A stretch of DNA of 63,983 bases, filler included, from Octopus bimaculoides (Eukaryota), in assembly GCF_001194135.2 (NCBI RefSeq). It is 6 parts of 6 records of this genome, joined end to end, with 100 filler letters (N's around TTAATTAATTAA, not from the genome) between each part and the next. Parts side by side here need not be neighbours in the genome. Positions count along the whole stretch, not along the records: positions 30,427 to 49,542 come from NC_068985.1; positions 49,643 to 58,044 come from NC_068986.1; 4 more parts are not named here. One strand, written 5' to 3'. Made by a program: the position numbers and the translations under genes. Below, piece by piece: positions 37,870-52,394 of this stretch. A model generated the notes under the pieces. It saw nothing but the letters and a program-made list of their open reading frames with translations. It did no database searches and was not told the DNA's origin. How positions within the stretch are numbered: position 1 is the stretch's first letter; each line of letters starts with the position of its first letter.

Positions 37870-38302
37870 NNNNNNNNNNNNNNNNNNNNNNNNNNNNNNN
37901 NNNNNNNNNNNNNNNNNNNNNNNNNNNNNNNNNNNNNNNNNNNNNNNNNNNNNNNNNNNNNNNNNNNNNNNNNNNNNNNNNNNNNNNNNNNNNNNNNNNN
38001 NNNNNNNNNNNNNNNNNNNNNNNNNNNNNNNNNNNNNNNNNNNNNNNNNNNNNNNNNNNNNNNNNNNNNNNNNNNNNNNNNNNNNNNNNNNNNNNNNNNN
38101 NNNNNNNNNNNNNNNNNNNNNNNNNNNNNNNNNNNNNNNNNNNNNNNNNNNNNNNNNNNNNNNNNNNNNNNNNNNNNNNNNNNNNNNNNNNNNNNNNNNN
38201 NNNNNNNNNNNNNNNNNNNNNNNNNNNNNNNNNNNNNNNNNNNNNNNNNNNNNNNNNNNNNNNNNNNNNNNNNNNNNNNNNNNNNNNNNNNNNNNNNNNN
38301 NN

Positions 38303-38366
<64 letters not shown>

Positions 38367-40934
38367 AGTATTGATGTGGGTGTAAATGAATATTTGTAAA
38401 ATATCCTTACATAATATGAAAAACAAAGTTGAAATCTAAATTAGGAATAGAAACAGCTTCAGGGTGAAAAGAAAATTCCAGACTTAAAAATAGTTGCTTG
38501 TTACATGAAATTAATTTTTAAATATGTTTAATAGGACTGAAATCAAGTGCAAGTGATATACTGAAGACTGGTGTGATTATAAATTATATATGAGCATGCA
38601 TATGTAAATCTAATCAATGTATACACATACACACACACACAGTGGCAGTGGTGGTGGTGATGGTGGTGATGCAGTATTCAGTAATATCTAATGATTTCTC
38701 ATTTCTATTAACAGAGAAAAATTATCAGAAGTCTGTATATGTGGTTATTTCATTTCATTTCGGTTACAAAGAAGGTGGTAAATTGAAAAGTTTTTCTATC
38801 ATTCTAAGCAATCACATTATGATCTCAATGGAAAATTTTCTCTAGCTAAGATAGTTGTACAAGAAACAGTATTTCAAACCTACACTGTATAGTTTAAATT
38901 GAAGGGCTATTTGAATAGCAAGTATAAATAAAGAAAAAATGCTAAAAAATGATTTGTCTTAATACATACATTCTAACAATACAAACATGGTCACTGTCAA
39001 ATTACTTGAATTATGAAGCTAGTATTCTCTAATGAAAATTAAATGTATGAGGAGTAGCTAATGTTTTAAACAAAATATTCATTAGCTTTGTTTTAGAGTT
39101 ATTTAAGTAGTTTGAAAATTAACAATTTTTGCTTATCTCAAATTTGTCAGTTCAAAAATTACCAATGTAGACTTTAGTTTTACATCTCTTAACCTACATT
39201 TTTTGTAATTTTTTACTTTTACTTTTTTTTTGTAGATTTCTTTAATTTTGTTCATGTTCCTGATTTTGTTTTACATTCATTTTCTTTTCCAAGCCAGTTA
39301 TTTTTTTTAACAACTAACTTTATAGATTGCCACCATTCTCACTAGTCACATCAATGAAATTTGTAACTTATAGTTAGTTATGAAAACTTGTCCAAGCACA
39401 GAAATTAATGGTTGCAGTGACCAAAAGCAAAAGCTTACAAATGTCAGGGTAAATGAAACATAATCAACTGGAATGATGCAGACTGACTGGCCCTATTCAC
39501 ATCTCTTAAAGCCACATCTAATAAAGGAATTGATACCAATTTTTATTCAGTTCTGAAAAAATTAAAACTAATATCTGGAGTAATTAACTAATTAAGATTT
39601 GGTTAGGTTGTTCTCATTTAATCTGTTTTCAGTTTCTATAAGAATTTATCATCAAGTAAAATTATATAATTTTAATTGTTTATAACAAGGGGAAGAATGA
39701 AGTTAATTTTAACATAATGTTGGTATTCATTTTATGAATCCTCCATATTTTATGAATTCCCAAAGTAATGAAACCAATAGTGAGTTTATCTGAATTGATT
39801 GTGAAGGGTGTGGGCTCAGAAAAATGAGATAATCAAATCAGCTATTCTACTGTTTCTGATATTTTCATTTTTCCAAATCCAAGTTGAGTCAAAATATTAT
39901 AAGAAAAAAAGTTCTTAAATAACTTCTTAAGATTGCTTAATACTTTGTAAATGAAAAGAATAATTGTTTTCTGTTGTTTGTTTTTATTTATCGAGAAATA
40001 ATTTTAAAATACTTATATTTAGGAAAACAAGGGATTTAATTGTAAAATAAATTTGTATAACAGAAAATTTGTATAACAGAAAATTCTATATTTCTTATTG
40101 AATCAATACTTGTATTGAATCAAATGCTTGAAATTAGTATATGATTGAGATTAAACTAGATACTATAAAAATTTTAACAAAGTAAGGAAGTAGAAATGAT
40201 TGAAAATAAAAACACATGCATGTAAAGATATGTTTAATTGCCTCTCTTCAGCTGTTTTCAAATCCAGATGTATAGTGGACAATACAACAAAAGCAATCAG
40301 TTGAAATAGATAACAACAACAATAAATAAACAGATACAAATATGTAGAACAAATAAGGTTACATCTGATACACACCCCATCACCACTCATTTACTTGCAT
40401 TATAAGAAAAAATATTTCATGCAATATTAAAAATTAAGTTTATAAAAGAAACAAAATGAAGTAATTTTTTCTCCATTTGTGGTCAGTATCTAAAATATCC
40501 ACTGTCTTAATTAACTATAAGACCTACCAATATGCTGTTGCTATATAGTTATGTATCTAAAGGCATTTCTATTGCATATTACTTTTCCATATGACAACCA
40601 ATGGCATGTTGGGTAGAAATGAGACAAGTTCATGAACAAAAAGAATACATCTTCAGTTGTTTGATGTGTTTGACAGAGAGAACTGCTGGCTATAGTGCAC
40701 AAAATGCACATAGACAGGAGACACATATAGCAGAGTGTGAAAATGAAAATAAAAATACACACTGTAAACACATCAGATTAATCACATGTAACCTAATTGT
40801 GGAAGGATTGTCAACAACCGATTACATGAGTTAGCAAAAAGATAAAGACAGACTAGCACTTGATGACCATGACTTGTGGCTTAACATAGCTTTTTATGTC
40901 ATTCTGAGATGTGACCAAATATGATATATCCTTT

Positions 40935-41135
40935 TTACTATAGGCACAAGATCTGAAATTTTGTGGGAGAAGTTAGTTGATTACATCAATCTCAGTGTTC
41001 AACTGGTACTTATTTCATCAACCCCCAAAAGGATGAAAAGCAAAATCAACCTCAGCAGAATTTGTGCTCAGAATATAAAGACAGACAAAATGCCACTAAG
41101 CATTTTGCATGATGTGAGTCAGTCAACTTGCCACC
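40935..41135 (-). mobile_element. SINE family B
   Basis: ggcacaagatctgaaatt...ggtacttatttcatcaacccc..aggatgaaaagcaaaatcaacctc. Confidence 0.75.
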
Positions 41136-41776
41136 TTGGTGCTCAGATATAATACATAAAGCTGGAATGTGTGAAATTAATTCAGGGAGCAACAGATGTT
41201 TGAGTCCATAACATGAAAGTAACACATCGATCATTATGTATCTAACAAAAAAATTTACTTGAGTATCACCATTTCATATTGTACTAGTTTACAATTAAAC
41301 ATATTTGCTATTTACCAAGTAGCTACAAATAGGAAACCTGAAGATACTTTGAGAATACACTAATCAAAAGAATGGTGTATTTAGAAAGAGAAATGATGTG
41401 GTTAATAAGTTTGTAATGATCAAAACTAATTGGACTAGTCTTACTTAAAAACAGACACAATGTGGAGAGGATGTGATATCTCAACAAATGGTAAGAGCAC
41501 TTTGTATAAAAGATAAATATTATATTTCTTTCATTAAGTTGGGCATCAGTTGAAAAATAAAAATACATGTCAAATTAATCACACTTTGGACAATATGACT
41601 GATGAAAGAATATTCTGGCAGCTGAGTATATTTATCACATTTGCATGATATAAATGAAAAACTTCATAAATAAATGTTCATTAATTGATAGAATGATTGA
41701 CTAATAAGCATAATCATTGGAAACAGAGGCTTCTTCCTCCTAATCATCATAGCAGCACAGCAACAGCAGTAATTAC

Positions 41777-41819
<43 letters not shown>

Positions 41820-42028
41820 NNNNNNNNNNTAGTAGTAGTAGTAGTCGTCGTCGTCATCGTCGTGTAATAATTTAAATTAATATGCCAGTCAGAAATCTAT
41901 TTATTCAAAGAAGTGAAAGCAAAATATAAAGGAACTTTTTCCTGTTAATATCTTTCAAAGACAAACATATGTGTGGCTGTATGTTTGTGGTGTGTAAGCA
42001 TATTTACATACAAGCATGTATGTGTGTG

Positions 42029-42115
<87 letters not shown>

Positions 42116-42747
42116 ATGTCCCTATCTATCTATTTATCTATCTATTTGTCTATCTATCTATCTATCTATCTACCTATATATATATGTATATATAATATAT
42201 ATAGTATTTTTTAATATATTGAGCCTAACCCAATCACAAACTAACCAATTTAAAAAGTAACAATTTCTCATATTCAAAAATCGATTAATAAATTATATAT
42301 TTAAATGAAGAACAAAGCAAAAAACAGAAGAATGATGAAAATTAAGCAAAATGAAGGAAAATAAAAAATAAATAAAATATGGGCTAAACACAGCCTTTAA
42401 CAATTGATTCATTCCACCACCACCCATTTATAACTTAAGTCAGATCAACCCATCAAGCAGCATATAAAATAAAATGAATTAAAATTTATTATTTGAATAA
42501 TACATTAAGTGGTGGGGAACTGATTAATCAATATAGTATATGAAGGATATGGTATATGATATCGACTGGATTATATTGGATTTTTATCAGATATTTTTCT
42601 ATATATGTATGTTTGTGTTTATGTATGTAGCATGTGTGCATATATATATGTGTATGTAAGTATATGTGTATGCATATGTGTGTATACATGTGTGTGTATG
42701 TGTACGTAAATGAATGTGTGTTTGTATGTATAGACAAGCAGATAGAT

Positions 42748-42920
42748 AGGCACAGGCAAAGCTGTTTGGTTAACAAATTTCACTTCCAACTATATGGGTT
42801 CGTGTTCAGTCCTATTGTGAGATAACTTGAGTAAGTGTCTTTTATTACAATCCCAGGCCATCTGGCTCCTTGTAAGTAGATGTGGCAGAGTGCATTTGGA
42901 AACTAAAAGAAGACCACCGT
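42748..42920 (+). mobile_element. SINE family A head (diverged)
   Basis: ggcacaggcaaagctgtttgg..gttcagtcc..ggaaactaaaagaagacc. Confidence 0.65.
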
Positions 42921-42949
42921 GTATGTCTGTATACAGACATGTATATCTT

Positions 42950-42994
<45 letters not shown>

Positions 42995-43097
42995 GNNNNN
43001 NNNNNNNNNNNNNNNNNNNNNNNNNNNNNNNNNNNNNNNNNNNNNNNNNNNNNNNNNNNNNNNNNNNNNNNNNNNNNNNNNNNNNNNNNNNNNNNNN

Positions 43098-43134
<37 letters not shown>

Positions 43135-43824
43135 CACAACACACGTGTATATATACAGATGTGTATTTAAGGTGTGTAAGTGTGTGTGAGTGTGCATGGG
43201 TATGTTATGTTTCCCTGTTTTCACATTGCCAAAAAAGGTTGTAAACAAGCATCACTAACATGCAAGCAACCTCATTGAAGTCCAATCATCTGTGGAAAGA
43301 TGGCAAACGAAGGGAAACTATTACCTTATTGAAAGGGGTGGATGGTGATGCCAGGGGTGATGACAGGACGGGTAACTGGACATAGAAAATCTGTCGAGAA
43401 TGGATGGAACAATAGATGATGATGATGATTTGAGTGTGTGCATAATTGAAAGAATGCTGTACTCTGTTGACATACACTGTGCAACCATGTGAACACACAC
43501 ACACACACACACATATAACTATGTATGTCTGTGTGGTGCGTATTTGCATATATGTTTACATTTATATATATATACACATATCTATACATACACTGTGCAA
43601 CCATACGAACACACATACACACAAATATAACTATGCATGTGTGCGTGTGGCGCATATATGCATATAATTATATTTACATTTATATATATAAACACATATA
43701 CACATATCTATACATATTTATATGAACATATAAATGCATACATACTTATATGTATGTACATGCATATGCACACCTCTTTCTCTCTCTCTCTCAATCTATC
43801 TGTCTATCTACCTATCTTTCTGTA

Positions 43825-43885
<61 letters not shown>

Positions 43886-44589
43886 GTATGTATATATATA
43901 TACAAACACACATATATGACTATATATATATATATATATATATATCTCAATAAAAAAATATATAAACATACACTAGTTTCCACAAGCCAGTAGGTGCTTT
44001 TGTGCTGCTTATTACTTTCCTGCCTTTATATACCCTCANNNNNNNNNNNNNNNNNNNNNNNNNNNNNNNNNNNNNNNNNNNNNNNNNNNNNNNNNNNNNN
44101 NNNNNNNNNNNNNNNNNNNNNNNNNNNNNNNNNNNNNNNNNNNNNNNNNNNNNNNNNNNNNNNNNNNNNNNNNNNNNNNNNNNNNNNNNNNNNNNNNNNN
44201 NNNNNNNNNNNNNNNNNNNNNNNNNNNNNNNNNNNNNNNNNNNNNNNNNNNNNNNNNNNNNNNNNNNNNNNNNNNNNNNNNNNNNNNNNNNNNNNNNNNN
44301 NNNNNNNNNNNNNNNNNNNNNNNNNNNNNNNNNNNNNNNNNNNNNNNNNNNNNNNNNNNNNNNNNNNNNNNNNNNNNNNNNNNNNNNNNNNNNNTATATA
44401 TATATATATACATACATACATACACATAAATATCTGAAAGGTGTGTGTGTGTGCGCGCGTGTGTGTGTGTGTGTAGAGAGAGATGCATTCAGAGATAGAT
44501 AAATAGATATACACCCCTATTTAGCTATATATAGACAGATAAGTAAATATACATATATACATATAACCATATTTGATGAAACATATTTG

Positions 44590-45055
44590 ATGACTGGCAC
44601 CTATGCCAGTGGAGCACTAACAGCACCGTCCGAGTGTGATCATTGCTAGAGCAGCTGTCTGGCTTCCGTGCTAGTGGCATATAAATAGCACCATTTGAGT
44701 GTGATCGTTGCCAGCGTCGCCTTACTAGCACTTGTGCTGGTGGTACGTTAGAAAATCATTCAAGCGAAGTCGTTGCCAGTGCCACTGGACTGGCTCCTGT
44801 GCAGGTGACACGTAAAAAACACCATTTTGAGCGTGGCCATTGCCAGTACCATGTGACTGGCCCTCGTGTCAGTGGCACGTAAAAGCACCCACTACACTCT
44901 TGGAGTGGTTGGCGTTAGGAAGGGCATCCAGCTGTAGAAACTCTGCCAGATCAGATTGGAGCCTGGTGCAGCCATCCGGTTCACCAGTCCTCAGTCAAAT
45001 CATTTAACCCATGCTAGCATGGAAAGCGGACGTTAAACGGTGATGATGATGATGA
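44590..45055 (+). mobile_element. RTE 3' UTR copy
   Basis: Closely similar to 16020-16400; ends in (GAT)n. Confidence 0.85.
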
Positions 45056-45151
45056 TGTATATATAAATATATATAAATGGATATATATTTATATATACAT
45101 GTATATATAAATGTTCTGTAAAAAACATATACACATACATATCTATATATA

Positions 45152-45189
<38 letters not shown>

Positions 45190-45747
45190 GCTTATATATG
45201 AGTGTATATATGTATGTATGTGTGTATGTACTTACGTATGTATGTATGTATGTATGTACTTACTTAAGCTCAGGCTTGACTAAATAGATACAGAAAATGT
45301 TTCGTAACCCCATGGATTCAGGTTCTGTCTCACTTCATGGCATCTTTGTTAACTACATTCTGATATACTCTCTGGTTATTGAACACCTCATATAAACCGG
45401 TAGTTTATAAATACAAAAATGTTTCCCATCTTAAAACATATCTGTGTGTATTTGTCTGTGCGTGGTAGGAATGGTAAATGTGTGTGTGAATGTGTACGCA
45501 TCATTATCACTTAAGCAAAACAGTAATGTAATGTTTACACTACCTGCAAACATGATGTCTTGTGGCACTGCACATTCAACTTGGAATCCTGGTGGTATAA
45601 AAAATGTGTACTTGGAAAGCAAGAAGTCTTGGCAATAGAAAGACCCTCAACTCAATAAATCTTCATCAAACCCATGATATTAAAAGAAATGGTCAGAGAT
45701 TAAGTGGAAAAAAGTAAGAATATATATATATGTTTGCATATATATAT

Positions 45748-45931
45748 ACAGGAATTGCAGTGTGGTAAGAAGCTTGCTTCCCAACCACACAGTTCCAGGT
45801 TCAGTCCTCTTCCATGGCACCTTGGGCAAGTGTCTTCTACTATAGCCTCAGGCCAACCAAAGCCTTGTGAGTGGATTTGATAGATGGAAACTGAAAGAAG
45901 CCCATCATATATATGTGTGTGTGTGTGTGTA

Positions 45932-45962
<31 letters not shown>

Positions 45963-46164
45963 GTGCGTGCGTGTGTCCTCTATCACCACTTGACAACTGG
46001 TGTTGCTGTGCTTATGTGCCCGTAACTTAGTGGTTCAGCAAAAGAGACTGATGGAATAAGTACTAGGATTAAAAAATAAGTCCTGGGGTCGATTTGTTCA
46101 ACTAAAACCCCTCAAGGTGGTGCTTCAGCATGGCCACAGTCAAATGGCTGAAACAAGTAAACGA
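45748..46164 (+). mobile_element. SINE family A
   Basis: Full-length copy. Confidence 0.85.
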
Positions 46165-46225
46165 ATAAAATAATATGTACACACATATAAATATATTCAT
46201 AGATGAGTATATATAATTGTATTTT

Positions 46226-46280
<55 letters not shown>

Positions 46281-46826
46281 NNNNNNNNNNNNNNNNNNNN
46301 NNNNNNNNNNNNNNNNNNNNNNNNNNNNNNNNNNNNNNNNNNNNNNNNNNNNNNNNNNNNNNNNNNNNNNNNNNNNNNNNNNNNNNNNNNNNNNNNNNNN
46401 NNNNNNNNNNNNNNNNNNNNNNNNNNNNNNNNNNNNNNNNNNNNNNNNNNNNNNNNNNNNNNNNNNNNNNNNNNNNNNNNNNNNNNNNNNNNNNNNNNNN
46501 NNNNNNNNNNNNNNNNNNNNNNNNNNNNNNNNNNNNNNNNNNNNNNNNNNNNNNNNNNNNNNNNNNNNNNNNNNNNNNNNNNNNNNNNNNNNNNNNNNNN
46601 NNNNNNNNNNNNNNNNNNNNNNNNNNNNNNNNNNNNNNNNNNNNNNNNNNNNNNNNNNNNNNNNNNNNNNNNNNNNNNNNNNNNNNNNNNNNNNNNNNNN
46701 NNNNNNNNNNNNNNNNNNNNNNNNNNNNNNNNNNNNNNNNNNNNNNNNNNNNNNNNNNNNNNNNNNNNNNNNNNNNNNNNNNNNNNNNNNNNNNNNNNNN
46801 NNNNNNNNNNNNNNNNNNNNNNNNNN

Positions 46827-46874
<48 letters not shown>

Positions 46875-47224
46875 TGTGTAACATGTATGTATATAAAATG
46901 TATTTGTATTATATATGATATAATTACTGTTATGCTTTGCAACCATATTGTTACAGGTTGAGTCCCACTGGTTAGCACCTTTGACAAGCGTTTTATACTA
47001 CATATTATAAATATGATATTAATATACCCCTTAACCTCTTGTCTCTTACTTGTTCCAGTCATTGGGCAGTGGTAATGCAGGTATTGAGAAATTTGGTCAA
47101 AGAAACCAACACTAGTTATCAAATGATTGAAAGACTGGCAACCAACACATATATGTTTGTATGTGTACATATATTTGTATGAGTATATATATATATATAT
47201 NNNNNNNNNNTATAAAGTGATATA

Positions 47225-47367
47225 AGAGCATTCTTGCATAGTAATACCCTTATATGAATTAATAAATATATTTATAGGGAACAAATGATGGGTTTTTTCC
47301 CTTATGAGGTTTTTTCCCATTAACTACTTGATAAAGTCTTAGAAAGACTTTATCCTATTATTGAATT
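47225..47367. repeat. Unclassified interspersed repeat, also at about 11420-11612
   Basis: Shared aaatgatgg.ttttttcccttatgaggttttttc...ctacttgataaa...cctattattgaatt. Confidence 0.7.
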
Positions 47368-47581
47368 ATATATATATATTTATATACACACAATGGACTT
47401 CTGGTCATTTTCTGTATATGGAATTCACTCACAAGACATTGGTCAACTTAGTGCCATAGTATAAAACACTATCAAAGGTGCCAATCAGTGGGAGTCAATG
47501 GGAGTAAAATAATAACTATATCACATATAATACAGCCAAATGACTGAAAGAAGTAAAAAAAAATATACGAATACATATTAC

Positions 47582-47614
<33 letters not shown>

Positions 47615-47869
47615 CATGCATATATACATATATACACATGTGCTCACATGCGCACATACACGCATATGATGATGATTATATATGTGTGTGTGTGTGTGTG
47701 TATTTATGCATGTATGTATGTGCATAACCTGCTGGCAATTTGGAACATCAATGCCTAAAAAATCATGCTAATAATTAATTTGTGATGGATTAGAAAGAAT
47801 TCATTAAATCACTTTGTTTTATGTCTAGATGCTCCTCTGCATCCAAGTGATGTAATAGTTCCACATGGC

Positions 47870-47956
<87 letters not shown>

Positions 47957-49484
47957 TGAGAGAGAAAGGGAGAGGGAGAGAGAGAGAGAGAGATACATAC
48001 ATATACATACATACATATATACATACATACATGCATAAGCATTCATACGTATACACATATTTGTTTGCTAGAGAATATGTTTTGCTTAAATTCATCTTTT
48101 TTACAAATAATATCCTTTGAATGTATGTATGTGTTTCTGTGTATGCAACTGTGTGTGTGTGTGTGTGTACATTTAATTCCTTGTGTTAAATATTCTTTTA
48201 ATATATTTCATTTAATTTCTATTTGGTTCAACTATTTTTTTTTATCAAATGCTAGATGAAAACTCATCATAACAGTGCATGTTTAAACACACTCACACAT
48301 ACATGTGTGCACACACACACACAAACACACGCAGACACACACACACACAAACACACGCACACACATTGTTTGGTACAATCATTAAAATATCCAAATACTA
48401 CTTTTAGCTTTATTTTATTTTCTCACATTTAAATTTGCATATATTTACCCGACTGAAAAGTGAAGTTCTGGCCTCGGATACTCATGCAGGTATGTGATTA
48501 ATCATTCACTTTGCAACATATTGATGAGTAAGCAATCAATGCCACATGCTACAAATTATGGATAACCTCAACATGATGCAACCTGGAGAGACTTCTACTA
48601 AGCATAGATACAAAGACAAATCACTTCAAAATAGTGACATGTTGCTGATACTGACAATGATGATGATGAAAACTGATTTACTTTGATGATGACAGCAACA
48701 AGAATTAACTCAAAAGATAAAAAGTAATTTGGAAAATTTGGAAATGAGAGACATAATTTAAAAAAAGAGAAAACAAATGGAGAGAAATTAAACAGTTGTA
48801 CATACATGCTCTCACATCTTACTAATGCACATACACATATATAAAAAGGCTTATTATATATATTCACACATCCACTCACAAATATATTCACAAATATATA
48901 CACATACTCTCCATCATAAACACATGTATCACACTCAAACTTTTAGCTATACTTAGACACATGTAGATTTATATATATCTGCACTGAGATATTTGTACAA
49001 ACAAGTATAGAGAAATACACAAAAGCACATACTCTCTCTCTCTCTCACACACACAGGCACAAATACTCACACATACACAGATGCACATACACAAACAATA
49101 TATAAGCAGACACACTAAAAATAGTTTAGTTCTTGAAAGCATTGAATAAAATATAAATAAATGCTAGATATTTTAAATCTAATGATGTTAGTATAATAAT
49201 GAGAGAGTGCCAGAATATCAACAACAAATGCAAAACTTACAGCTACATCAACAATATAATCGACGACAATAATGACAACAACCACAACAACAAGCTTTTG
49301 CTGAAAAGTGACAGTGGCATTCCTTCCTTATTGGCTAGATAGAAACCCACCTTCTGGCATACAAGCAAAACTAAAGATGGGTTGTGATTGGCGGATGAAG
49401 AAGCAGCGCTTACTCTTCTGATCCACTTACATAGCAGAATGCCATATTCTTCAGGAACTGAAAACAAATACACACACGCACGCA

Positions 49485-49542
<58 letters not shown>

Positions 49543-49844
49543 NNNNNNNNNNNNNNNNNNNNNNNNNNNNNNNNNNNNNNNNNNNNTTAATTAATTAANN
49601 NNNNNNNNNNNNNNNNNNNNNNNNNNNNNNNNNNNNNNNNNNTATCATAATTATCAAATGGTAGTTAAGACCATCTCCCTATGAGAAGGGGAGCTAAACA
49701 TTTGAATCAAGAATTCCCCAAAGTTGACATGCCCTTAAGGAACAGGACAGGCTTATGCTCTGATAAGATGACAGTCGTGGGCACATGTTTCTACCTCAAT
49801 AGACGACATCGGCACGACAATTCTCCAATACTATATCCAGAAGC

Positions 49845-50392
49845 CAAAGAACGATAGATATATGGAGATATAGAACGATAGATATACGGATAGATAGAAC
49901 GATATATATATAAATAAATAGAACGATAAATATATGGATAAATAGAACGATAGATATATGGATAGATAGAACGATAGATATATGGATAGATAGAACGATA
50001 GATATACGGATAGATAGAACGATATATATATGAATAGATAGAACGATAAATATATGGATAGATAGAACGATAGATATATAAATATTTTCATTTTTTTTTT
50101 GTACATACCCCAAACGTTTTCTCGATGCCTTTTCATCGTTATCCCTATTTAAATTTTTTTTTACTTTATTTTCGTCCCCATCGAAAAGAAAAAAAAACTC
50201 TACATTGTATTTGTCCCATCTATGTTGAGCCCTCTGTGGCTAATAAAAGAAATCTATCTATCCATATATCTATCGTTCTAACTATTTATATATCTATCGT
50301 TCTATCTATCCATATCTATATCGTTTTATCTATCAATATATCTATCGTTCTAACTATCCATATATCTATCGTTCTATCTATCCATATATCTA
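49845..50392. repeat. 24-bp GATA-derived minisatellite in two inverted blocks
   Basis: gatagatagaacgatagatatatg units at about 49845-50080; reverse-complement units at 50253-50392. Confidence 0.9.
50100..50252 (+). mobile_element. Tx1-like 3' end fragment
   Basis: ctctacattgtatttgtcccatctatgttgagccctctgtggctaataaaagaaa, homologous to 52205-52260; followed by TCTA repeats. Confidence 0.75.
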
Positions 50393-52260
50393 TGGAAGAT
50401 GAAGAAGGGCGCGAATTACTCGAGCCTGAAAGGATGTGCGAGGCCTTTCAACAGCACTTTGCCCGCCTGTTCGGGACAACTGGTGGGTCAGAACGCAGAG
50501 TAGGCTTTAGTGCCTACCAGCATGGCCTTCTACGACTCTCAGCAAGAGAGGCAGAGTGTTGTGAACAACCCATCACAGCCGCGGACGTACGGGATGCGAT
50601 GGCAGGCTGCAAGGGAGACAAGTCGCCAGGCTTGGATTGTCTGCCCTACGAACTTTATTGTCATATGCCAGACTTGTTTGGAGGCGTCTTGGCAGCTGTC
50701 TACTGCAACTGGCAGCAAAACGGGAGCATCCCCGTCTTTGTAAAGCGAGGAGCAGTGGCACTACTAAAGAAAGATCCAAACAAGGGGAACGTCATAGATA
50801 ATTTTCGGCCCATCACTCTGCTCAACGCAGATTTGAAAATTTTGACCAAAGTGTTAGCCGAGAGGTTGNNNNNNNNNNNNNNNNNNNNNNNNNNNNNNNN
50901 NNNNNNNNNNNNNNNNNNNNNNNNNNNNNNNNNNNNNNNNNNNNNNNNNNNNNNNNNNNNNNNNNNNNNNNNNNNNNNNNNNNNNNNNNNNNNNNNNNNN
51001 NNNNNNNNNNNNNNNNNNNNNNNNNNNNNNNNNNNNNNNNNNNNNNNNNNNNNNNNNNNNNNNNNNNNNNNNNNNNNNNNNNNNNNNNNNNNNNNNNNNN
51101 NNNNNNNNNNNNNNNNNNNNNNNNNNNNNNNNNNNNNNNNNNNNNNNNNNNNNNNNNNNNNNNNNNNNNNNNNNNNNNNNNNNNNNNNNNNNNNNNNNNN
51201 NNNNNNNNNNNNNNNNNNNNNNNNNNNNNNNNNNNNNNNNNNNNNNNNNNNNNNNNNNNNNNNNNNNNNNNNNNNNNNNNNNNNNNNNNNNNNNNNNNNN
51301 NNNNNNNNNNNNNNNNNNNNNNNNNNNNNNNNNNNNNNNNNNNNNNNNNNNNNNNNNNNNNNNNNNNNNNNNNNNNNNNNNNNNNNNNNNNNNNNNNNNN
51401 NNNNNNNNNNNNNNNNNNNNNNNNNNNNNNNNNNNNNNNNNNNNNNNNNNNNNNNNNNNNNNNNNNNNNNNNNNNNNNNNNNNNNNNNNNNNNNNNNNNN
51501 NNNNNNNNNNNNNNNNNNNNNNNNNNNNNNNNNNNNNNNNNNNNNNNNNNNNNNNNNNNNNNNNNNNNNNNNNNNNNNNNNNNNNNNNNNNNNNNNNNNN
51601 NNNNNNNNNNNNNNNNNNNNNNNNNNNNNNNNNNNNNNNNNNNNNNNNNNNNNNNNNNNNNNNNNNNNNNNNNNNNNNNNNNNNNNNNNNNNNNNNNNNN
51701 NNNNNNNNNNNNNNNNNNNNNNNNNNNNNNNNNNNNNNNNNNNNNNNNNNNNNNNNNNNNNNNNNNNNNNNNNNNNNNNNNNNNNNGATTAGAGACGAAA
51801 ACTTACCTCTCTGGCCAATCGCTCATCAACTTTTTCAAGTATCACTTGAAAAGGAAGGTGAGAACAGAGAGACAGTTTTTGTCTCGTGAAAGTTTCATTA
51901 AAAGGTGGGTGAATGTAGCAAAGATGGTGCGTGCGAGTGACGATACCTCTTTGAGCATGATCCTATAAATCGAGAAAAAAAAAGAGAGACAAAGAGAGCA
52001 CTTTGCTCTCATGTGTCTATTCCCTGCTGAGGTTACCGTGGTCTTTTCCGTAGGCTTTTCTCTCCATGGATAAACCTAATGTTACCCCATTTTACACTAT
52101 TGACATTTTCTGTGATATATGATACTTTTCTTTTTCTCCTACCGATCCATTTTGATCGGATTTTTAAAATTTTTATTTTACCTTTTTTTATTTTTAAAGA
52201 AAAGCTCTACAGTTGTATTTGTCCCCTCTGTGTGCAGCCCTGTGTGGCTAAAAAAAGAAA
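50392..52260 (+). mobile_element. Tx1/L1-clade LINE, 5'-truncated, spanning a gap
   Basis: KSPGLDCLPYELY...NFRPITLLNADLKILTKVLAERL (50392-50868); ORF2 C-terminus ...SFIKRWVNV...MIL* (51787-51968); 3' UTR ending in A-rich sequence then (TATC)n. Confidence 0.88.
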
Positions 52261-52324
52261 GATATCTATCTATCTGTCTGTCTATCTGTCTGTCTATCTG
52301 TCTGTCTATTTATCAGTTTATATG

Positions 52325-52394
<70 letters not shown>

